Of a DNA stretch of 64,000 nucleotides, positions 1-14,551 are shown piece by piece. The notes under the pieces were generated by a model, which searched no databases, was not told where the DNA came from, and was given only the letters and a program-made list of their open reading frames with translations. This DNA is from the human T2T-CHM13v2.0 reference genome, Homo sapiens. How positions within the stretch are numbered: the first letter of the stretch is position 1; every line of letters begins with the position of its first letter. The stretch covers positions 25,536,001 to 25,600,000 of the forward strand of contig CP068257.2 of NCBI GenBank assembly GCA_009914755.4. Reading direction: 5' to 3'. Made by a program: the position numbers and the translations under genes.

Positions 1-546
1 ATTCACCATTCATTCAGTAGGTGAGTATCCTTGAAGGCTTTATTTTACCTTGCCTTAGTTTCCTCATTCACAGAAGGCAGATCAGAGCTACTTCCTAATA
101 ATAGTTAGCATTTACTTACTTACCAATTTACTGTTTGGATTTGAGGCTAAACATTTTACTATCATTAGTTATTGTCATAAACACGATCTCCAAATAGTAC
201 GCACTCTTTAAAGTTAATGAAGATGCCAGAGTGCTTTTGTTTATGTGGATCATACCTATATATAGTTACCATACTAGAAATTAGAACATTATCTATGTAT
301 TTATTTTTGAAAGTAATTGTAATAAACTTATTATATGTTAAGTTACATATTTTCATGAACAATAGTATTATTTTAAAAATAAAAATAATGGCACATTTCA
401 TATTTGCAATTCTCTTTCTTGAGTTTCATAGAACTGGAATCTCCAACTGTTGTTGTATTTAGTTTATCAATACATTATTTTTATTAACGTATGCTAAGAA
501 AATCCAGCCTCACACAATTATGTGGATACAAAAGAAACCAATATTT

Positions 547-586
547 TAATTGTACTTTCGGATAATTAATTGTACTTTCGGATAAT
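547..586. repeat. Tandem duplication of the 20-bp unit taattgtactttcggataat, two copies
   Basis: Two adjacent identical copies read directly at 547-566 and 567-586. Confidence 0.8.
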
Positions 587-1379
587 TGTGAACATTCTTC
601 TTTAATATTTGACAAAAACTAAATAAATGATAATTTCATAAAGATTAGTTGCAGAGCATAATCTGAAACGGTATCAGTGAACATTTGATACTCTGTTACC
701 CTATAATATTGGTTTATTTTTCGCTTTCAATGTATCATTTATTCATGCAGATTTTGGAACATCATGCATTGGTCATTTGGACAATATTAGTTCACTGAAT
801 TAGGCAGATATTCTAAATGTTGATACATTTTGTTATATAATATTAAAAAAATCAGTAATATCACCACTAATCTTACCTGAAAAGTCTTTAAGTATTGGGA
901 AGGGGTCAAGCTCACAATAACAGATACAAATATACCAAAGTTCTAATTTTTGTTTGAAAACTTAAATTTGAATACTGTCTGTCTGTTGTTTGCATTTAAG
1001 ACTCACTTCATTTCTGAGAAAATATCTATCTGCCATATATCCTAGTTTAAGTAACCGTAGTCTATCCATCAGTCATCCTTTCAAGTAATACTAGTGTTCA
1101 AGGAAGAAAACAGATGGTTTGGCTCATAAATCAAACATAAATTTATATTCCTTTAGACAACAATGATATAAGAATATGCAAAGCACTTTATATGTGTACT
1201 TCTCATTTCTTCATTTAATTACCTAATTACTTTGACACAGAATATGAGCTGAATAATATATTTTACATATGCATATATTCAGATTTATAATCTTTGATAT
1301 TTTTGCCTTATTACATACTAGTGATATAAAATATGTTAAGAGCAGAATCTTACACACTTACATTAATTCTAACTCTTTA

Positions 1380-1575
1380 CCTTTGTGGCAGTGGGAATTT
1401 ACATTTCGTAAACTTCTTGAGTCTCAGTTTTGTCAACTAGGATTATTAACTATATAGGTAGATAGACAGGAAGGTAGTTAAAGATAAGATGGCCTGCATC
1501 ATACAGTTAGTGTGAGGATTAAATGAATGTATACAACACTCTCAGCACAGAAAGCATTCAATATATGGTATTAAA
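1380..1575 (+). mobile_element. MIR (ancient tRNA-derived SINE) fragment
   Basis: Matches the MIR core and 3' region: ...ctcagttttg...ggtagat...gttagtgtgaggattaaatgaatgtatacaacactctcagcacagaaagcattcaatatatgg resembles consensus ctcagtttcctcatctgtaaaatggg...gttgtgaggattaaatgagttaatacatgtaaagcgcttagaacagtgcctggcacatag. Confidence 0.45.
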
Positions 1576-1979
1576 ATAACAAGATCAAGACTTACTTGCC
1601 CAGAGGCTGAACCCGTGTCTCCTTGTTCCATGTTCAAGGTTCTTTTCCATATGCTCGGACATCTTCTATAACAGTTTTCTATGCCAACAAAAACATACAA
1701 AGATGATTCGTTATTTCAGGTTACTTAATGATCTTCTGTCTACCAATGTGAGTTTTCCCTCTTCTAAATTGAGTTTGGTTTTGAGTGTAAAATTAGACCT
1801 TCCTTCATCATTTGGATCATCATATCACATTTCGCATAGGAGAGAAATGTACTTTCAAATGCCTTTTAAAGCATAATTGAAACTTGTTTTGAGTCCATCA
1901 GGCATGACACTTGTCTGTTAAGGTTTTTGCAAATAGCTCATTCAAGTTATCTACAACATAATCTCTCAGGTCAGATTCC

Positions 1980-1998
1980 TTTTTTTTTTTTTTTTTTT
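1980..1998. repeat. Poly-T homopolymer (T19)
   Basis: Uninterrupted T run. Confidence 0.95.
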
Positions 1999-2274
1999 GT
2001 CTTTTTTCCCATCAGATACTCCTGTAGTTATTCTTATTGCCTTGAAGTAGTTATATCCCTTTAAACTCTCTGATATCCAAAGTTACTTCAAATTGTGTAC
2101 AGTTAGACATATATAGACGTTTTAGATTGAGTTTTTCCATAGGATCTCGTTAGGGTAGATGCTTTAATTTTTCATTAGTCATAGTATAGAGAAATGTATT
2201 TTAATGGCTCCTGGTATTTAGCATAATGAAATTAAAGTAATAATGACAATAACAACTGCAACAGTATCCGTGGC

Positions 2275-2294
2275 AGCAACAACAACAACAACAA
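2275..2294. repeat. (CAA)n microsatellite
   Basis: gcaacaacaacaacaacaaaaa. Confidence 0.9.
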
Positions 2295-3026
2295 AAATCT
2301 GGCCCTAAATTTGCCTTTTTAATTTTTTTCTGTGACTTCTGTCCTCACTTAGAACATGTACTTAAGATTAGAATGTTGCATAGAAGAAGCCATGATCACA
2401 TATGCTGAATTATATTCATTTCCAGTGGATTAATATGTTGAAGATAGGTAATTGTAACAACTATTAGTTTTGTCCTTTATCATTACAAGTTAGCCATCAA
2501 AACTTTTTCTTAAAATGATTAAGATTTTAATTTGCCATTTATAGCCAAGGGGAGTAGAGTGAGGAGGAAAAGCATTTTCCTCAGCACCTCATCTGTTGAA
2601 TCAGTGTGACACTGAACATTGTCTACAATGCATCTCCAAAAATCCAAGCCAAAACAAACCTAAGTTTTCTTTTTCTTCTTCACTGTGTGGCCATTGAAAA
2701 AAGAAAAGGATATGATTGCCTTTGTTCTCCCCATTTTGTCTTCTTATGGAGGAAAATTCTGAGTCTATTTCATGAGCTCATTTTTATGTATTTAAAGGAA
2801 TAATAAGATTAAGTATAGACAAAGGTATATGAGTCAACCAGTTAATGTGGGCTTGAAATGGGATGGATTTTACAACAGATAAAATTTTAAAGAAAGACAA
2901 AAACATCTTGCGCTATTGAGTCAGTGGGCACTTTCCAACATTTCACACTGATCTTTAGTATTTAATTTCTGTGTCATCAATTTTCTTTCACCACAGCCCT
3001 TCCCTTTTCTGTTTGCAGTGTCTGTC

Positions 3027-3052
3027 TTTTTTTTTTTTTTTTTTTTTTTTTT
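3027..3052. repeat. Poly-T homopolymer (about T26)
   Basis: Uninterrupted T run between gtctgtc and gtctatgc. Confidence 0.95.
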
Positions 3053-3657
3053 GTCTATGCAGACATTTGTTCTGTCTGTTTTAATATAATTGTGGCTGGA
3101 GAGAAATGAAAAATAGTTTGAGTAAGGGTTTCTTTTATATAACAAAAATTGTTATTGAATTTCTATGCATATGCTTTAACAATAAATCTTAACAACAAAA
3201 GAGAAGAAAATGTGTTTTCTTTTCTGTGAACCCTTTCTTTACAAAGAAAGATATTTCTAAAATTTCCAGAATAGTTAAAATGTTACATGATAATAATGGG
3301 AACATTTGTTATTTGACTATTCTCATATTAGATTGTTCTTTTGATCTAAAAATGGTTATTGTGGTGAAATTTACTATTATAGCTTATTAAAACTACATGC
3401 TTACTGTGACAAAAAATAAATAGCATGCATGATGTGATGTTTAGATAGGCATATTTTTAAAAGATGTCATTTACAATGTTATGTAGAATAAATAAATAAT
3501 AAAGGGAATGGGATAAAATAAGAAAAATAAGTACAGAGGTTTGGGAGATAAATGAGATACAGGTTGTCCAGCTCCTCTTTTCTACTCTCCTTTACCAGAC
3601 CACCCTCCTCTAACTAATTTTTTAAATTTTTATCTTAATATGAATGTCCCTTATTTA

Positions 3658-3776
3658 CAGTCAAATATCTAAATAATGTAAAATACACCATATAAAATTA
3701 ATCTCTGTCCCTCTGCAGACTTCCTCATGTATCCCACTCAGTCTTACATTAATCAAAGAATTGAAATGAAGCCTTC
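3658..3776. repeat. Copy 1 of a roughly 119-bp direct repeat, partner at 4624-4740
   Basis: cagtcaaatatctaaataatgtaaaatacaccatataaaattaatctctgtccctctgcagacttcctcatgtatcccactcagtcttacattaatcaaagaattgaaatgaagccttc recurs about 965 bp downstream at roughly 90% identity. Confidence 0.8.
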
Positions 3777-4401
3777 TGTGTCTCACTCCATACTTTCACC
3801 CAATTATCCATGCTCATGAATTATGAGCATGAATTATTAATAATAATTATGAATCATTAAGAAAATTTCCAAATTTCTATGTCAAGCTCACGTAATCTAA
3901 TTTTATGCTATAATTGTCCATTTGGATAGCTAAAAGACACCACAAAACCGTAAGTCCATAATTGAACTCATGATCTTCACTCCCAAACCTAGACCCCTCC
4001 ATGGCAGGATTCCCTCTCTCCATAAAACATATCACACAGGACTAACTGCCAGACATTATGTCTAATACGACTTTCTCTCCCTTACCCCTGTATCCAGTCA
4101 ATTACCAGCTCTATCGACTTTATCTTCTAAATTTATCTCTAATTCTTATGCTACTCTCCATCTGTGGTGTCATTAGCATCATGTTCACTCAAGCTATTCT
4201 CATCTGATATTGGTTTCCCAAAATGTCTACCCACCTTTCTGTGATCTCTCTTTAATCCATGCTACACCTAACAGCTTGAGGGATCCTAAAATTTGAATCT
4301 GAGGATGTCATTTTTTTGCATACAAATTTTTATTGTTGTATTAGTCAAGGTTCTCTAAGGAAATAGAAACAATAGGATGGATCTATATTTAACCATCTAT
4401 A

Positions 4402-4420
4402 TCTACCTACCTACCTACCT
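4402..4420. repeat. (CTAC)n microsatellite
   Basis: ctacctacctacctacct. Confidence 0.85.
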
Positions 4421-4620
4421 AGAAAAAAGATATATATACAATAAATAATACATAAATCTATTAAATATATAAATTAAATACATTTATTTAACATATAAAT
4501 ACATATTATTTTTAAATATTTAATATTTTAATTAACTTAATAAAATTTAATTTTAATATTTAATATATAAAATATTTAATATATAAATATAAATTTATGT
4601 ATATCTTATATAGAAAATAT
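4421..4620. repeat. AT-rich low-complexity tract with TA/TAAA/TATTTAA motifs
   Basis: About 200 bp composed almost entirely of A and T with repeated taaata and atatttaat motifs. Confidence 0.85.
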
Positions 4621-4623
4621 TTT

Positions 4624-4740
4624 AGTCAAATATCTAAATAATGTAAAATGTACCATATAAAATGAATCTCTGTCCCTTTGCAGACTTCCCCATGCATCCC
4701 ACCCAGTCTTACATTAATCAAAAATTAAAATGAAGCCTTC
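4624..4740. repeat. Copy 2 of the roughly 119-bp direct repeat, partner at 3658-3776
   Basis: agtcaaatatctaaataatgtaaaatgtaccatataaaatgaatctctgtccctttgcagacttccccatgcatcccacccagtcttacattaatcaaaaattaaaatgaagccttc. Confidence 0.8.
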
Positions 4741-4893
4741 ATATATATACACACTATATATATACACAAGATATATATATACAAGATCTATCTATCTATC
4801 TATCTATCTATCTATATATATATATATATATACACACCACACAAGATCTATATATACATATATATACAAGATACATATATATATATATATATG
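4741..4893. repeat. Compound microsatellite of (TA)n, (TATACA)n-like repeats and a (TCTA)7 tetranucleotide STR at 4787-4814
   Basis: atatatatacacac...agatctatctatctatctatctatctatctatatatatatatatata...tacatatatatatatatatatgtc. Confidence 0.9.
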
Positions 4894-4899
4894 TCTTGT

Positions 4900-5260
4900 A
4901 GTCTGCCATTAACCTGGAGAACCAGGAAAACTGGAAGTGTAATTCAGTCTGAGTCCAAAGGCCTGAGAATGAGGGGAGCCAATGTCCAGGGGCGGGAGAA
5001 GATGGATGTCCCAGTTCAATAAAGAGGGAGCAAATGTTCCCTCCCTCCACCTTTTTGTTCTGTTTGGGCACTTAGATTGGATGGTGCCCACCCACATTGG
5101 TTAAAGTGATCTTCTGTACCCAGTCTACTGATTCAAAGGGGAATCTTCTCTGAAATACCCTGAGAGTCACATCCAGGAATAATGTTTTACTGGCTATCTA
5201 GGTATCTCTTAGCCCAGTCAAATTAGTACATAAAATTAACCATCACAATTCCTCTTAGCA
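4900..5260 (-). mobile_element. ERVL-MaLR (MLT1-type) LTR fragment
   Basis: ggtgcccacccacattggttaaagtgatcttctgtacccagtctactgattcaaagg...aaattaaccatcacaattcc matches the reverse complement of the MLT1/MaLR LTR interior (ggcccaccc...ctgattt...taaccatcacag motif family). Confidence 0.45.
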
Positions 5261-5370
5261 TGAATACAAAAATGTTTCAAACAACTTAAAAAGATGCAAG
5301 ATCTGGTGTATTTATAATTCTTCAACCTTGTTTGCACAACTCTCCACAAACTGAAATGTGTTTGTCTGTT

Positions 5371-5583
5371 TTGAGACAGGATCTCCCTCTGTCACTCAGG
5401 CTGGAGTGCAGGCTGGTGTGGCACGATCATGGCTCACAGTAGTTTCGCCTTCCAGACTCAAGTGATTCTTCCACCTCAGCTTCCTGAGTAGCTGGGACTA
5501 CAGATGAGTGCCACCAAGCTCAGAGAATTTTTTAATTTTTTTGTAGAGATGAAGTCTCACTATATTGCCCAGACTGGTCTTGA
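5371..5583 (-). mobile_element. Alu SINE, truncated in the left monomer
   Basis: ttttgagacaggatctccctctgtcactcaggctggagtgcag...cctcagcttcctgagtagctgggactacag...tttttgtagagatgaagtctcactatattgcccagactggtcttgaa, reverse-complement Alu. Confidence 0.9.
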
Positions 5584-5619
5584 ATAAAATCTTTTAAAAT
5601 CTCTTAAGAAATAGGTGAG

Positions 5620-5760
5620 TTTATGTTAAGTGCTTAGAATAGTGTAAAATACTTAGTATCATATAAATATTAGTTATTATTATTTAGTTTTTCTTGTAAC
5701 TGTTTCTTTAACAATGAGCAGAGTACCTGGGACATAGTAGATGAATAACAAATTTTAATT
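5620..5760 (+). mobile_element. MIR 3'-end fragments, possibly one MIR into which the adjacent Alu inserted
   Basis: gttaagtgcttagaatagtgtaaaatacttagtatcatataaatattagttattattatttag resembles MIR 3' end gtaaagcgcttagaacagtgcctggcacatagtaagcgctcaataaatgttggttattatt. Confidence 0.35.
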
Positions 5761-5915
5761 TATACTACTAATAAAGGAGGATTGGTCTATGATTACAATA
5801 GTAAAAAAAAAAATTAAAGAAAGGATGGATAAAATTTTTACTTGAAAAAATCTGGAAAGACTTTGTGAATGAAATGTATGAATCACAAAGAAGGGTTTTA
5901 AGAGTTCTTGAATAG

Positions 5916-6245
<330 letters not shown>

Positions 6246-7197
6246 ATGATACATTTAGAGGGTAACTTTGGTGTAGGGGAAAATAGCAGAGATGAGCTTG
6301 ATTTGGAACTTGATGATTCTGAAATGATGATGAGGATTCCAAATGGAAATGCATGGCTGGCTTCTGAAGCTGTGGGATGTGAGGTGGTGAGAGAAAACTC
6401 AAGATTGGTGGTCGAGAGCATAGAGGTTGAATTGAAGTCATAGGAATTTGTGCTGAGGTAGAAATGCCTAAGTGACTGCAGAGACCCTTGCCTCCTTTGT
6501 TAAATGGTAATAGAATGGGAGCTGGGCACATGGAGGCGTAGCGAGACTCCATTTTCTAGCCTTTCTTCAGTTTACCATTCTACTGGCAAAACTTTTTCAT
6601 GTGGCCTTTCCATGTCCTCTCTTCTATCCTGCTGACAGTTCTGGCTGTCAGTCCAGCCTAGGCCCTACATCAAAGCCCTGGGGATTGCAGAGCTACGAAA
6701 TAAAACGAACATAGATTCATGGTTAAGGTACCACCTGAAAATCTTCCATGCTTCTCATGGACTTCTGCATAAGAAAGATAAATAAATCCTATCATTTTTT
6801 TAAGTTACTAAATGTGGAATCTGTTTGTTAGTAGATTTGTCTTTCCTATTAACCAATGGGAAGTATGTATTTTTAAAAATGTGTTTCCTGGCCCTAAGGT
6901 TTACTGGTGCTGTGACCTGAGATAAGTGACATAATGTCTTTGAATATATTTCCTGTAAATTGGAGCAGTGATAACTGTCAGGGTTGTTTAGAGATAACAT
7001 GTGCATTACTGAAACCTGTGCCTGGCCTAGAATAGATGAGCTCTAAATTGTAGCAGTTATTATTATTGTTATCCTCCCATTTCTATATTTTCTCTTGCTT
7101 CTTGAAGGAAATGTAAACTATATACGTGGTGACATGTGCTAATGATAAACTTGCACACAAGTCTTTTTGATCATTACATGGCTTGCCATTTACATTT

Positions 7198-7526
7198 TGT
7201 CTTAGTCTGTTCAGGCTGCTGTAACAGAATGCCACAGACTAGGTGGCTTATAAACAACATAAATGTATTTCTGACAGTTCTGGAAGCAGGGAAGTCTAAG
7301 ATCAAGATGCTGGCAGATTTGGTGTTTGGTGAGAATCCATTTTTTGGTTCATAGCTTTCTAGCTGTGTCCTCAAATGGCAGAAAGGGCAACAAAGGCAAC
7401 TCTGGGGTTTCTTTTATGAGGGCACTAATCTCATTCATGAAGTCTCCGCCTCCTAATACTATCACATTGGGTATTAAGTATCAACACGTGAATTTTGGGG
7501 AGACACAAGCATTCTGCATATATATC
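7198..7526 (-). mobile_element. ERVL-MaLR solo LTR (MST/MLT-type)
   Basis: Begins tgtcttagtctgttcaggctgctgtaacagaatgccacagactaggtggcttataaa and ends ...ggggagacacaagcattctgcatatatatca, which is the reverse complement of a MaLR LTR (compare THE1 reverse complement tgtattagtccgttctcacactgctaataaagacatacccgagactgggtaatttataaa...ccaaaccatatca). Confidence 0.7.
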
Positions 7527-8710
7527 ACTTTTCAGTCAATGTTTGCCAAAGAAGCAGGATATTTAGGAGAAAAAAATATTTATGTAATATGGAAAGTTGG
7601 TTTTCCTCCTGAATTCAATATCGTCATTATCACATTTTACACTAGACATGAGCTTTTACTTAAAAACATTAATATATTACATGTTACATTTAGAATGTAT
7701 TTTAGCTAATATATTAGAAAAAATACATACTATAAACAAGTAGCTTGCCTTTGCAAACTAATGAAGTTGAAATTCAGCATAGTCCATTTTCTTGTGGTTA
7801 TGTTTTTATCACAATAACTTAATTTTCACATGTATAAATTGCATTGTGAATAATCATTTTTATGTAACTGCAATAAAAATGGGTAGCAGTAATTAATTGT
7901 TTATGACTTGAACTTAATGTATTTTATATTAAATTGTATTTGGGAAATTATTGAGGAAGTTTCTTAATTCATCCTTTAGTTAAATGAAGGGCATATTTTA
8001 TTTTAATATATTTGAAGTATTCATATACATTTATTGAAATAGAGAGAAGACATTAATAAGATTTTTTTTTCCTCTTGGTACTAACCCCTGCTTTTTTTTT
8101 CCCCAGAAAAACAAAGATATATTTCCTCCTGACTAAAGTAGCACCATGTTAAAGGATGTAGCAATCATTACAGATATTTCTAAAGAATTCTCCTATGTGG
8201 ATGGAAAATAATTTAGAAATTTTCAAGGTTAGCTTTACAATTGAATACAATCTCTCTATAATGAGTGGTCCTTTCTTTCTTGACCATTACCACTCAGACA
8301 GCTATGAATGAGGTAGTACCTTGGTTTTTGTTTAGCTTAAGTTTTGATTAAAATGCTTATGATTATGAAAAACAATTCCAAGATGAGTTTATACTTTCAT
8401 GCCATTCCCAGTGGAATCTATTTACATATCTGACGAACACAGTACAAAGCTTCTACTCCAACCAGAGAATCACACTCATCCTCAAAAGATTGAAGAGTAG
8501 ACCTCAACATGAAAAGCACGAAAAACATTAATAAACAATGTGCCGAACATGTGCCAGTGTTGGTAGAAATGAAGGCTGAATTTAATACAATTCCCCTGGA
8601 GTTATCAAAGATAGGAGCCAATGTATGTTAAGATTTTCTAAGTTTTAGTGATGTTTGTAAACTTCAGGCAATATTGAAAAGATAATGTATTTTAAAAGTG
8701 GCTATGGTGG

Positions 8711-9080
<370 letters not shown>

Positions 9081-9289
9081 TTAAATGCATTATCCCATTT
9101 AATACTCACAATAAAGCTTTGAGATCTGTAATGATATTGCCCATATTTCATAGATGAAAAAGCTAAGGCTGAGCAGTTACATGACTTACAAAATGTCCAG
9201 GCAGCTGACACTGCCAAGAATCCACACAGGTCTGTCTGATACCAACAACCATTCACTGCAATGCCTAACATGAATTCATGAACTGCCTG

Positions 9290-9293
<4 letters not shown>

Positions 9294-9338
<45 letters not shown>

Positions 9339-9365
9339 TGTGTGTGTCTATGTGTCTGGTGTGTA
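9294..9365. repeat. (TG)n microsatellite, pure for about 22 units then imperfect
   Basis: tgtgtgtg... run 9294-9337 followed by tctgtgtgtgtctatgtgtctggtgtgtacatgc. Confidence 0.95.
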
Positions 9366-9869
9366 CATGCATCTGCACCCACTTTAAAGATACTACCCAG
9401 GGTATTGATTTACCGGGAGCATGATCTGGGCTGAGCCAGTATAATTTCTTTTTTGGTTTGTGCATACCCAGATTTGATGTTTTTGGAGATTGTGTCTGAG
9501 CATTTTTCTGAAGCCACAGTGCATTAAAAGATTAAACATCCATGAAGCCCAAAAGAAATCTGGAGCAAATTACAAACAAAACACCTACTACCAGCTTCTT
9601 CCAGGAGCTACCCACAAATTACCCACAAATGCACTCTCCCTCAACTTTCATGGAGTTTGTTCCATTTTTAATACATTAGAGAGAAATTAAGTTAGGAGTA
9701 CAGGAAGAATAAGTTATGAACATCAAAAATAATCCTAGTGAGAATTTTAGCTTTGTAATGTTGATGTGTTAGGGATCTAGCTTCTTGTGCCTAAAAATAA
9801 TTGATATTTTCATATTTTGTACTTTCCATCCTGGGGAGCAATAGACATAAATGTAACAAATACAATAAT

Positions 9870-10110
9870 AACAGCTAATGTTTAGTAAGTGCTCTTAATT
9901 TTTTACATGGATGAATGCTTTTCATTCTGAAAGCAACCCTATGAGGTATATATTATTACTATTATCCCCTTTTTAAAGAAGGGACACATGAGGCCACACA
10001 TGGCTAATTAATTTGCCTAAGCCGCCATAGCTCATAAGTAGCAGAACTGGCCTCTGAATGTAGACAAATTGGATCCATGAGTGTGGGAACTATGCTATGC
10101 TCATTATTTT
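9870..10110 (-). mobile_element. MIR SINE
   Basis: cagctaatgtttagtaagtgctc...caaccctatgaggtatatattattactattatcccctttttaaagaagggacacatgaggcc...gcctaagccgccatagctcataagtagcagaactgg matches the reverse complement of the MIR consensus (...ccctatgaggtaggtactattattatccccattttacagatgaggaaactgagg...cttgcccaaggtcacacagctagtaagtggcagagctgg). Confidence 0.55.
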
Positions 10111-10139
10111 GAGTGGCTTATTGGAGAGTTTACTAAAAC

Positions 10140-11914
<1,775 letters not shown>

Positions 11915-12222
11915 TTTTTTATTTTTTTTTTTTTTTTGAGATGGAGTCTCACTCTGTCGCCCAGGCTGGAGTGCAGTGGTGCCATGTCGGCTCACTGCAA
12001 GCTCTGCCCCCCCGGGTTCACGCCATTCTCCTGCCTCAGCCTCCCGAGTAGCTGGGACTACAGGTGCCCGCCACCACGCCCGGCTAATTTTGTTTTGTAT
12101 TTTTAGTAGAGACGGGGTTTCACCGTGTTAGCCAGGATGGTCTCGATCTCCTGACCTCATGATCTGCCCGCCTCAGCCTCCCAAAGTGCTGGGATTACAG
12201 GCGTGAGTCACCGCGCCCGGCC
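11915..12222 (-). mobile_element. Alu SINE (AluY-like, close to consensus)
   Basis: T-rich head then gagatggagtctcactctgtcgcccaggctggagtgcagtggtgccatgtcggctcactgcaagctctgccccccc...gggattacaggcgtgagtcaccgcgcccggcc. Confidence 0.95.
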
Positions 12223-13404
12223 TTGAATATTTTAAAGAAAGATTTTTTTTTTTTAAAGAACATACGACATCTCATATGTGGCTCACAAAGCCTAGAATAT
12301 TTACTAGTTGGTAAATACAGAAAATGTTTGCTTATCTCTGTCCTACAGTGTAAAGATCATTACTATTAAAATCAGAAAACTTTGGTTAGTATTCTAGACC
12401 TGTCACTGACTCGCCTAGCTTGACTATATGTGGCAGTGACTGGGAGGCACACTAAACCAGAACTAAGTGTATCCCCTATTCAACTTCCTCTTGATGGATC
12501 TCAAGTATTCCTGCAATCACTTTGACAACATTCTATGCCAGGTGAAGTGTGACGAAGATTAAGTGAGAGTGAAAAGACATGGCCCTCTTAACCAACTACA
12601 GTAAAAGTAACTTACTTTTGTGAATCTTTTAAAAACATGTGGTTATGTGAACCCACTTCATGGTCATGTGAACCCGCTGCTGACCCTCTCCCGGGGCGCT
12701 GGAAAGGACCTACTCAAATGAGCACCCCTGAAGTGTAAGTTTTATTTGCTTGCTGTTTCATGATCGACACACCCCACATGCATGCACATGCTTACATGTA
12801 CACACACACAAACTTATTGCACAGGTATAAACAGTCGTTTTTGTGCTTACCTTTTTTTGCTGTAATGAAATGTAGACTAGGAAGTTATTATCTATAATAA
12901 GTGAATAAAAGGCTATGGCCTTTAAATTAATTATTTTATTGAGTGATTCTTTACAATCAGTCTGTAATTTGAAGTTTATTTCTAGAGTGGAGAAGTGGAA
13001 TGAGAAAAGAAAAAAGGAAAATTTCCTAAAGTATCAGCTAGGCCCTGGGTTTCAATACAACACTAGCTGTGGAACTAACTGGCTGTGTGCCCAACAAAAC
13101 AGAATAGGTGACTTTTAATGGCCTGAAGCTCTCTTGGAAGTGGCCATTAAGAGCAGTCAGTTTGGCAAGTCCCATTTGCCTATGTTCCTAACACTCTTTG
13201 GAACCCAGCCCATCGGAACTCTGTAAAGTATGAACATGCTGTGGTTATAAAGAAATATGGCCAAAAGTGAATCAGCTCCACAAAGAGATTATTCTAAAAG
13301 CCCAGGAATGTCTTTTTCCCCTAATGAATAAGTCAGTGGAGCAGTTGATGTGAAAGTTAAGGTAAGGTAAGCCATTCAATAAAATATGTAGTTCAAGAGG
13401 CATG

Positions 13405-13500
13405 TATTTCAATGCTACTTCTGTCACTATCAGCTTGGGGAAAGTTGGGCGAGTCACTTAACCTTTCTAAGCTTCAGTTTCTTTATTTTATATTTGTTAT
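13405..13500 (+). mobile_element. MIR core fragment
   Basis: ctgtcactatcagcttggggaaagttgggcgagtcacttaacctttctaagcttcagtttctttatttt resembles the MIR core gtgaccttgggcaagtcacttaacctctctgagcctcagtttcctcatctg. Confidence 0.5.
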
Positions 13501-14508
13501 CACTAAGATCTTTCTGGCTATAAAATTCCATTTTTCATAATGTGGAATCTCTGTTAACTGTCTTTACTCATAAAGGAAAATCAAATATTGTTATTCTCTA
13601 CTTACAGTCCCTGTGTGCTGTTGAAAAGTGGAGTTTCAAGGTTAAAATAACAGGTGTCTCGCAGTTTTTTAACCATTGTGGTTAAATATGTAATTGGTAA
13701 AATGAAAATTAGTATCTATTTCACAATTCGTTGAAATAAAACGAAGAAAGTCAGTAAGCGTAGCTTAGTCTCTTCTGAAACCTTTTACTTTCTACATTCA
13801 CATCAGTCCTACAGGACGGGTACTGCCCTTGAGGAGGAAGCTAGCAGTTTGGGGGGTAAATTAAATTATTGGCTATGGTATTAGCAATGCAATTAAGTCA
13901 CTTCTTGTGATCTGCCTTTTATCAGTATTATATGAGATACTCCTACAACCCCACATGCATGTTGATTCGTGTGCCCTTTCAACTATTTCTCTACTTGATA
14001 GGAAAAACATAAAGGTAATTGATCAACCACTTAAAATCAAAATGAATATTCAGTTGTTAATTTTATTTTTTTTCTATTCAAGTCTTCAAAAGACATTAAG
14101 AAACATGCTCTATGGTTGGTACCAAATTTTGGAGAAATCTGTTAAAAATTCAAGAGAACAATATGAAACTTTACATTTAGCCTTTTTTCATTAACATAAA
14201 ATATGCTTGACTACAGTCAGTTCTGTTACAATTGACTTTTTAATGTGAATGGGAACTTACATATTAAATTAGTATAAAAATGTTGTTCTTGTCACAGTTT
14301 TATGAGTTGTTGATAATCACACATGAAGCAGAATCAGCTATTGATGTTATTTCAAGTTAAGTTAAAAGTGAGGATAGGTTAGTTCAGTATTATTTTGTGA
14401 TTTTTTTTTTCCTGCATATTCAGGAAAATGACCTTTCTCCTTATGTATAACAAATTGTTTTGGCAAGATTTAAGATATGATTGAAAATCTTAAAATGTGA
14501 ATGAATTT

Positions 14509-14551
14509 GGTCTTAGAGAATACCTCTGGGGGGTCTTAGAGAATACCTCTG
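14509..14551. repeat. Tandem duplication of ggtcttagagaatacctctg, two copies
   Basis: Two copies separated by ggg, read directly. Confidence 0.75.

Noticed and set aside
7326-7709. 127-aa plus-strand ORF
   Set aside because: Its first half is inside the MaLR LTR at 7198-7526 (reverse-complement LTR sequence). The remainder is AT-rich DNA. It is not a credible exon.
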